A stretch of DNA of 49,618 nt from positions 1 through 49,618 of the forward strand of contig NW_021834351.1 of NCBI RefSeq assembly GCF_006345805.1, in the 5' to 3' direction. Shown here piece by piece: positions 40,256 through 49,618 of the stretch. The notes beneath the pieces were generated by a model, which ran no database searches, was not told where the DNA came from, and worked only from the letters and a program-made list of their open reading frames with translations. How positions within the stretch are numbered: position 1 is the first letter of the stretch; each line of letters starts with the position of its first letter. This DNA is from Octopus sinensis. Lineage: Eukaryota. The position numbers and the translations under genes were made by a program.

Positions 40256-40592
40256 ATATAATATATGTAGTATTGTGTCTGCTCCATGTCTTTCTCTTAC
40301 GCCAACATTAGTTTTAATTCCTTGAATAATCTCGGGCAGTAATTGAAAGAAAGTTGGAAACCAATCTCACGCAGTTGCGCAGTATATTGATTGCCACCAA
40401 AAAATGTCACACAATTTGGTCTTCTTACAATATGTACATTCAAATAACAATACAAATTATCACAATTTCTTCACTTTTATGTATATATATACATATAGAT
40501 ACACATACATGCAATACATACATGCAATACATACATGCATACACATATATATATATATGTATATGTATATATATATATATGTGAATATATAC

Positions 40593-40637
<45 letters not shown>

Positions 40638-42455
40638 TGTACGTATATATATGTATATATATATATATATGTGAGTATTTCTTCTAATATATATATATAT
40701 ATATGCTTGTATATATAATTCTGCATGCACATCTTCCTTGTTATATAAATACTCATTGTATAATGTAACTTTTTTCTCATTAAGAAAAGTTTGGTGTATT
40801 TCTTGTTATCACTTTAGATAAGAATTATGGTAATGCAAAATTACAAAACATTTCAGAAAGTAAGGTTATCATTTTAGAATTGTAATACAGACAGGTATGT
40901 TACTTTGTAGTGTACTTGTTATCACTAAACTTTCAAATTTCAGAAACCGAAATGTAGTATTAAGCATCACCATATACATATGTTTGTGTTAAAAAAAATT
41001 AAAACATAACATCATATATAGTTTAAACATTATCAGATTCCTGAATTATAATAAATAATTGCTATATCATTATTTATTACAATTTCCAGAGTCTATAAAG
41101 AAAAGGAAAAAAACCCAAAAATGTAGATGTAAATATAAGCACTTCCTTTGCTTCTTATGTGAACCCTTGTTACTTTTGGCACTCGAATTATATGCCTGAA
41201 GTTTCCATCATAACGAGGAAACTTTAAACTTGGTGTGCTGATAATAAATGTGGGGATGCAATGCTCATTGCTTTGGAAAATAAAGGCAACGTCAGGTTAA
41301 GTATTTTTATATATATGTGTGTGTATATATAAAAGAAAACCTTCTGCTCTTAGCTACACTCTAAAACACATTGTTTACGTGTAGCTAAAGCATCTTCTGG
41401 AAATTGTATATAAAATATTCACGATACTGTCTATTCATTCAATAATCCAAAATATAATATCGAATGAGAACGTCAAGAAGAGTCATTATTTTATATTTTG
41501 ATTTTTAAAATAAATTCTTAAAATATTCTTAAAATTTCTTAAAATATTCAAGCATTTCAGATATTATATGTCTTTTTTTTTGTCATATGTTTTATGGAAA
41601 CATCTTTGTAAAAATCAAAAGACAATACACACTTTACTCTCATCCGCTAAAAGTCTTTTGTTTTTCATTTATGCCCTCTCTCGTTTAATCAATGGTTTTA
41701 ATGTTATATAAATTTATATCAGTTCATATGAGAGTTTGTACAGAAGAAAAATATAAAAAAAGAAGAAAGAGTAGTAATTGGTGAATTATCGAATTCATAT
41801 TTCACAGGTAATTTTCGGTCGGTTATAGAGGTTGCTAGCAGCCGACACATAGTTCTCCCCCATTACGTCTGACACAATTGACATCAACATTTTTTTTCGT
41901 ATTTTTGAACATTGTGTAAAAAAAATATTTTCATTTCATGAATCTTTACCGTTAAGATATGTTTTTGTTTTATAAAGCAATAAGAAAAGCAGTCAATATA
42001 CATTACTATTATATGGTGTAATTACTATATAATATAAACTAATAATAACAATAGCAAATAGAATATGCGTTACAAAACTTATACACATTACTTTGAAGGG
42101 CGCGCAAAGTTTTATAAATCGTTTAGTTGCCGCATTTGCTGCGACCCAATTCTCACAAAGTGCATATTTAGTAATTTGTAAATTTTAACTCTTTGATAAC
42201 ATATCCAAAAAAACAAGCATGAAGAATGGGTCATGTAAAATTTGGAAAGCAATTGGACAAATTCCGTAATCAGGTTATTCAATTGTTGAATACAAAATAT
42301 AAATAGAAAAATTGAAGTTGCCCTTTCTTCATAAATTATGTATATTCATCGAAAATTTATCGTCTTCATTTAATGCTTAGCGTTTAACTACTACTTTTGT
42401 TGCTGCCGCTGCTATTGCTTTTGATAGTAATAATAATGATAATGATGATGGTGAC

Positions 42456-42504
<49 letters not shown>

Positions 42505-42515
42505 TAATAATAATG

Positions 42516-42562
<47 letters not shown>

Positions 42563-42563
<1 letters not shown>

Positions 42564-42659
42564 GTACCCTTATCAGACGGGTAGTCATGATGGGTATACT
42601 GGGCTTCGTATATTTTTTACCCCAGTGTCACTTTGATGGCATGCACTACTCTCTCACTC
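42563..42659 (+). mobile_element. About 100-bp insert in (AAT)n, probable 3' end of a third AAT-targeting retroelement
   Basis: Unique sequence flanked on both sides by long (AAT)n. Its 3' end resembles 12150-12173. Confidence 0.55.
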
Positions 42660-42690
42660 AATCACAATAATAATAATAATAATAATAATG

Positions 42691-42735
<45 letters not shown>

Positions 42736-43522
42736 TGATAATAATAATAATATCGAACATTGTTGTTGATCTCCAGAAGCCTGTTAACCATGAACAATGT
42801 ATTCAAAGATGGACTTATTGTTTTATGAAAGGAAACACGCAAAGTACATTCCTAAAACCACAAATAATAAAGACAATAGTAACATTTCTTAACTTTAGTG
42901 GTATCCTTAAATAAGTTATTTTCTATTAAGCTTAAAATAGAGATAGGAGAATATTAGCAAAAAGAAGAAATTTATTTTTGCTTCTGTGCTACCATACACA
43001 CGTCTGCTTTGTAAAATTGAATAAATGAAGTTAATAGAAAACATACTAAGCGCGTTGAGAGAAGCTAACATGGGAGTGCCTTTACATTTATTGAATAGTG
43101 GCTTAATGGCATACATATATGTTAGTGAACCAACTTGTTTGTGCACGGTCAAATCCAAATTTGGCATAGACTTCGAAAATAGTCATTCGGGATTATAATC
43201 CTCGAAAAAAACTACTAAATCTTGGATTTTGGACTTGGATGTCTAACGCACAATGGAATTGACTACTGGAGGTTTTGATCAAGGATTAAATTGAAATAGT
43301 CAATAAATAAATTCAGATTTTGCACCCAATGTTAATGAGATTGTATAGAAATAACATTAAGTATAGAATTCTTATAAAGAACATATCACCCCGTATACGA
43401 ACATATATATATATAGTATTTACATCACTTTTCAAAATACATGTGTACATACAGACACTTACATATTTAGGTTTGTAATAGCAAACGGAAAAAAAAATTG
43501 AATTCAGCACATAAATCACGGG

Positions 43523-43524
<2 letters not shown>

Positions 43525-43581
<57 letters not shown>

Positions 43582-43768
43582 CACACACACACACACAAAC
43601 ACACAAACACACACACGCACGCACATGTATGCATGTGTGTATGCGTGTGTCTGTGAGTATATACATAATACATACGTAAATATATATGTATATGTGTATA
43701 TATATGTATTATATATACATATGCATGCATGTATTTGTGTAAGTGTGTGTGTGTGTGTGTGTGTGTGT
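43525..43768. repeat. (CA)n followed by (TG)n microsatellite
   Basis: Directly visible. Confidence 0.95.
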
Positions 43769-44046
43769 AAACTTGATGGTGAAGTCAAACACTTAGAAAC
43801 GTACACCTATGGTTTTCTTATGCAAAAAAAAAAAAAAAAAAAAATCAGACTGAAATTTCTGTAAGCTTGTAAAATTTAGTAAGGAAATAATTATTAATTG
43901 CTTGAAATTATCTCCCCTTTCCTATGACACTCAGCAATAATTACCGCTAGATTTTGTTATCTTTCTGAAACTTGGAAAGAAATTCTGATAAATTAACAAT
44001 TAATTCTGTACGGAATTCAGTTCATCACCTTTCGACTAATATATAT

Positions 44047-44163
<117 letters not shown>

Positions 44164-45519
44164 GTATATATATATACATATATATATATAGATATATATA
44201 TAGATATATACATACATATATATATATACATATGCATAATCTTTTTACACCAGGGCCGTATGACTGAAAATAAGTCTTAATTGTTAAGTATTTAAAGCTC
44301 TCATTGGACATTTTTCTCAAAGAACAGAATGCTCAGTGGTTCTCTATCTTTAACTTTCGAATCATAAGTTAAAATTTTTTTTATAACAAATTAAAATATA
44401 CATACTACTATGTTTTTATCTTTCTATCGTTTGGGTGGGCATATATATAGAGACGAGTGACTAACATATTGGACAAGCAGCTCAATCTCATTAATATATA
44501 TTTGTTAAGGCACTCTGTTCTCTTTATGCCATGTACATAATTCTACATGCCTTTTTATGCATTATAAAGTTTTTATGCATTATAAAGTTTCAGGTTCCGC
44601 TGCAAACAAGTCATTAACTTCATATTCAGAATTGTGTATACATCCGTCACTTGACGTTCTCGAATGAAGACTACGTATTGCTTTCATAAGAATATTTGGT
44701 CCATGAAAATATTTTATTTCAATCTAGAATATGTATAAAATACTTTTTGCCTTGTCGATAAGTAGTATCAATTTTCATGATATACAAATATGAGGTCAAA
44801 CTAATCGTTATGAGCTAAACCTTCAGTCTATTATAAAATCAATATTTAATGTACCCTACTGTTAAGTTACAATAAATAAAGAGATATTTATATTCTAATA
44901 GCAAGAATCTCTTAGTAACAACACCCACCCTGATAATAAGGAAAACTTAAAACTTTTATTGTCTAATATATAAAAAAATTAACGATGAAGTTTTTGTTTT
45001 ATTAAATAGATAACTGCATACGCAGAGAATAACGTATTATCATACAGCGGGTTAAAAGGGGTTAAGATAATGGAACGGAATAAATTTTGCTAAAAGAATA
45101 TATTGTAAATGAAAATAAAAATTTTTGTAAGCAAAATATGGAAATTATATTTCTTTCCATTTATATACTTTGATACCAGAAGGTTTTCACAAAATGCAGT
45201 AGTGCTACGCCTGAGAAAAAAAAATGCCTATTTTTAAGTGCTAACGGTATATGAAGGAAAACCAAGGTGGGTGAATGCTGGAAAACATGTAAATTCATTT
45301 TATAAAGATGTGCATACGAATGTACGATATCGCAGTGGCACACACACATACACACACACCACACACACACACACACACACATACACACACACACACACAC
45401 ATCTACAAATACACTCACACATATTATGCTTACATATGTACATACACACATACACATATACACACATATATATCTATGTGTGTATATATTTCCTTGTATA
45501 ACAATTGCTTCTTTTGGAG

Positions 45520-45722
45520 TATGCACAAGGCCAAACGTCAGAGTTGAGTGACGCAGTCAATCGAATCCTCCCAGAGTATTACTGGTACTTCTTTTATTAT
45601 CAATCTTGGAGGGATGAAAGGCAAATTCGACACCTGCGAGATTTGAACTCAAATACAGAAGGACGAAATCAAATACTCTAAGGCATTTTGTTCGATGTCG
45701 TATCATTTCGGCCAACTCATCG
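45520..45722 (-). mobile_element. SINE family A, diverged copy
   Basis: CTGGTACTT...GGATGAAAGGCAAATTCGAC...ATTTGAACTC is the reverse complement of the family A core and B box. Confidence 0.75.
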
Positions 45723-46279
45723 TTTTCCTTCTGCTCTTATGAAAAATAACAACAACAACAAAAATAGCAACAATAACAACAACAACAACAATGATGATGA
45801 TGATGGAAATGATTTCATACAGAAAAGTGAAACTTTAAGCATGGAGAGCTCAGTTTCACTAAGGGACGTAATCAAAAGCTCAAACAGTAACTTAACAAAG
45901 AACAGTAGATCTCGTCTGAAAGAAAGTTACAGGGTAAATATCTTTAAAACTCATAAAATCTGTAACAATAACAACAGCAACAACATTCTTCTAATTCCTA
46001 AACTCTTTTGGTTCCAATATCTTCAGCTTGTTCTTTGTATTCACACTTTTTTTCCATTTTTTTTCATATTCTCCACTCTGTTTATATTTGTTTTTCTTCG
46101 ATTTTTTAAATTTATTTTTCGGAATTATTATCAATACGTTTAGTATTATCATCATTATAAATTATTATATTATAAAAAACAAATATTTTAGCGATACAGC
46201 TGTTATAAATATACACCATAAGCAATATTAAAGTAATAAGTATATTATGAAACGAAAATCAATTTTAGATAAGTTTTGA

Positions 46280-46478
46280 TTATTGTTTATGGAATGTGTG
46301 TAATTCTCCTTCACTGGGAGACCGAATAGTCCTGACACCTTTCTGTCGCGCCGGTTTTTCCATTCGGGGGCCACTGTGTACCATTTCACATTCACGCCCC
46401 ACTGTTGGCTTGTGTCCAAGAATTTCAAGAATGGCATCCACTGTATTGCATAATTCATTTTCGAAATTATGCATTCGC
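46280..46478 (-). CDS. Candidate terminal coding exon of an unidentified host gene
   Basis: Non-repetitive, locally GC-richer island preceded on the minus strand by a strong acceptor TTTTTTTTTTCTCTCCAATTACAG. Open frame RMHNFENELCNTVDAILEILGHKPTVGRECEMVHSGPRMEKPARQKGVRTIRSPSEGELHTFHKQ*. A second frame is also open to 46228. Confidence 0.35.
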
Positions 46479-46750
46479 CTGTAATTGGAGAGAAAAAAAA
46501 AAGAGGCACAAATGTAGATTTAAAAATACTTTTTGTAATACATGTTTGGAAAAGTATTTCGTTTAAAATGCACTGTTGGAATGTAACATTGGCAATTAAT
46601 CAAAAACATAATATAACTGGTGACTGTACGAATTGTAACTATTCAGATGGTAACTTTTTTATGAAAAACCTCAAAAATATATGAGATGTGGCTGAAATAT
46701 TGAATATACTGAATAAGCAAATAAAAAAGTACTACTAATGCCTCAAAAAT

Positions 46751-46968
46751 CTCTCTTTTACTCTTTTACTTGTTTCAGACATTTGACTGTGGCCATGCTG
46801 GAGCACCGCCTTTAGTCGAGCAAATAGACCCCAGGACGTATTCTCTGTAAGCCTAGTACTTACTCTATCAGTCTCTTTTGGCCGAACCACTAAGTTGCAA
46901 GGAAGTAAACACACCAGCATCGGTTGTCGAGCGATGTTGGGGGACAAACATAGACATACGCACACACA

Positions 46969-47020
<52 letters not shown>

Positions 47021-47184
47021 CACGGCGGGTTTCTGTCAGTTTCAGTCTACCAAATCCACTCACAAGGCTTTGGTCGGCCCGAGGCTATAGTAGAAGACAC
47101 GTGCCCAAGGTGCCACGCAGTGGGACTGAACCCGGAACCATTTGGTTAGTAAGCAAGCTACTTACCACACAGCCACTCCTACGC
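46751..47184 (-). mobile_element. SINE family B, full length
   Basis: Colinear with 5632-6040. Confidence 0.9.
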
Positions 47185-47322
47185 TCTCTATATTTTTAAA
47201 ATATAGTACCCCCTTATTGCTTTCGTTTCTTCACTGTAGGTTATGCATAATTAAGAAAACCTATGATCAAAATCATTCCCAGCTGCCATCATAATCTCTG
47301 TTTTTTTTCAGACTTAGAATAT

Positions 47323-47630
47323 GTGGAGGCACATGGCCTAGTGGTTAGAGCAGCGGACTCATAGTCGAGGGATCGCCGGTTCAAATCTCAAACCGAGCGA
47401 TGTGTGTGTTTATGAGCGAAACACCTAAGCTCCACGCGGCTCCGGCAGAAAGTAATAGCGAACTTCAGCTGACTCTTTCGCCACAACTTTCTCTCACTCT
47501 TTCCTTCTGCATCTTGCAGCTCACCTGTGACATACCGGTGTGCCGTCCAGGTGGGGAGTCTACGCCAAAGAAACCGGGAAACCGGCCCTTATGAGCCAGG
47601 CATTGCTCGAGAAGGAACAAACAAAAACAA
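47323..47630 (+). mobile_element. SINE family C with a 14-bp TSD
   Basis: Colinear with 23281-23596. Flanked by CAGACTTAGAATAT (47309-47322) and CAGGCTTAGAATAT (47631-47644). Confidence 0.92.
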
Positions 47631-47733
47631 CAGGCTTAGAATATCTAGTTCTACATTATTGTATTTCTCCTTCCCTCTTTTAAAGCGGCAGAATTTTACA
47701 TGAAGGAGATTAGATTTTGTTGTTATTTCTAGC

Positions 47734-47774
<41 letters not shown>

Positions 47775-47775
47775 G

Positions 47776-47828
<53 letters not shown>
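47734..47828. repeat. (GA)n microsatellite
   Basis: Directly visible. Confidence 0.97.
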
Positions 47829-47831
<3 letters not shown>

Positions 47832-47871
47832 GGGCTTCCTCGTTGGCTGTTGGTTTCATAATTAAAAATTA

Positions 47872-48002
47872 TGGCGTCTTGGCAGAATCGCCAGAGCATC
47901 GGACAAAATAATTTTTTGGTATTTCTTCCGATTCTTCACTTTTTAAGCTCCATTCCCACAGGGGTTACCTTTGTATTTCATCCCTCCGAAGCCGATAAAA
48001 TA
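47872..48002 (+). mobile_element. SINE family A, old copy
   Basis: TGGCAGAATCG...GGTATTTC...TTTCATCCCTCCGAAGCCGATAAAAT. Confidence 0.55.
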
Positions 48003-48233
48003 GGATAGATTCCTTCAAAGAATACCAGATAAGCCACCCATAATTGGATACAACTCACCCAACAAGAACTCACTACTTGAACAAAACTTGACTTAAACAA
48101 AACTTGACTTAAACAGGATTCGAATAATCCTATCAGGTGGTGCTATTAAGTTAGACATGGCCTGGACCAATCTTTGGTCGAAACATATCTAAGTTTATCT
48201 AAGTTTATATATATATATATATATATACACACC

Positions 48234-48450
<217 letters not shown>

Positions 48451-48494
48451 ACTGTACATACATACATCCCGTATATATAATTATATATATATAT

Positions 48495-48531
<37 letters not shown>

Positions 48532-48582
48532 TAATATAATATAATTATATATGTATATTGTGTGTGGGTGTGTGTATATATA

Positions 48583-48714
48583 TCTAAATTCACTCACAAT
48601 ACATTGGTCGGCCTAGCATTTTAGTGGAAGGCATTTGCCTAGTGTTCCACATATTGTGCCCGATCTACAAATAACGTATTTCCATTGCAAACTTAAACCA
48701 CGCAGCCATCTTGC
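48583..48714 (-). mobile_element. SINE family B, old 5' fragment
   Basis: CACTCACAA...TTGGTCGGCC...TAGTGGAAGGCATTTGCC...CCACGCAGCCA resembles 47055-47180. Confidence 0.6.
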
Positions 48715-49618
48715 AAATAAAATGTCGCCATCATGAACGTGTCCTGTTATTCTAAATGATTTCGTCAGTTACATATATTCGTATTTTGCCGAAATCATAC
48801 CTTGTAAACTAATAATCTTCGTAATTAATGGAAGATAAATATAATTTTGTTTAGAAATAATCATTAATCTACAGCTTATCACATTTGCTATCAATTTCAG
48901 TTTTCATTTCTGTCCAGAACCATCCTATAATGGTATTAGGACAGTTATTAGATAATGACTCATGGACGCTATACATATGTACAATACTTTCTTACGAATG
49001 TGCCGTCACGCATGCATACACACATATATACAAACATATAGTACACCAACTCACCTGTCTACCTGTCTGTCCATCCAGCTATTTCTCACTCTATCTATTT
49101 ATACATAATCAGTTTGGTGGCTAGGTTGAAAAGTCAGCTATATCATATTGTCGATTTTAGCTAAAATATTGCTTAATATCACATTTATAACCATGAATTG
49201 CGTAGCACAAGAGGCAGGGCTGAATAATCTATCAATCTAATAATGCAGTGTATATACGACAAATAAATCCATAACTCCTCAAATTATATCTCCCAGAGAA
49301 GTTGAACCCAGTATCTCTGGACTAATTTAGAATATCTTCATAGATTATATGAATCAGCGAGAGAGTCTCTACGGTGTCGCTTGAATTAGGTATAGTAGCT
49401 AACGCACACACATTCTAAGAAAAAGATAGAAAGGCAGATGTAAATAACAAAATTTTAGATAATTCGCAAAAGCCAGGGGAAGCTCGGATGTATTGCTTTT
49501 CATTAGGACGCGGTATTTTGTGAAAAGCATCTAACTGTACTAAATACTACGCTAAGACAACGTCACAACAACGCGAAGTCTAAATTAGCACTTAAATTAA
49601 GTAGCTATTATACTATAC

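Noticed and set aside
41090-41295. Plus-strand exon-like segment (TTTCCAG ... CAG|GTTAAGT)
   Set aside because: All three frames contain stops. It could be non-coding, but splice-like motifs alone are insufficient in AT-rich DNA.
45688-46143. 151-aa ORF with poly-Asn and a hydrophobic tail
   Set aside because: It is stitched from a SINE end, an (AAC)/(GAT) repeat and T-rich sequence, has a non-ATG start and shows no domain.

Overview
This is AT-rich eukaryotic non-coding DNA, almost certainly intronic or intergenic. The SINE, LINE and microsatellite content looks like an octopus or other cephalopod genome (inference). No intact host gene is visible, only one candidate terminal coding exon on the minus strand (46280-46478). 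Most ORF-track entries are translations of microsatellites. The recognisable content is transposon-derived: (1) two 5'-truncated R4/Dong-type LINEs (RT, CCHC knuckle, PD-(D/E)xK endonuclease) stacked head-to-tail in an (AAT)n field, plus short 3' fragments elsewhere; (2) a decayed Tc1 and a decayed mariner, the mariner carrying a SINE insertion with a 13-bp TSD; (3) a CR1 3' fragment; (4) several Penelope-like (PLE) remnants with GIY-YIG or RT motifs and minimal hammerhead-ribozyme motifs; (5) three tRNA-derived SINE families; (6) several long inverted repeats. The most unusual object is an approximately 810-bp composite insertion at 27412-28219. Its repeat unit joins a tRNA-like Pol III module, an (AAT)n spacer and a minimal hammerhead motif, arranged inverted and in tandem like a Penelope insertion. 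It is a candidate SINE/retrozyme hybrid.
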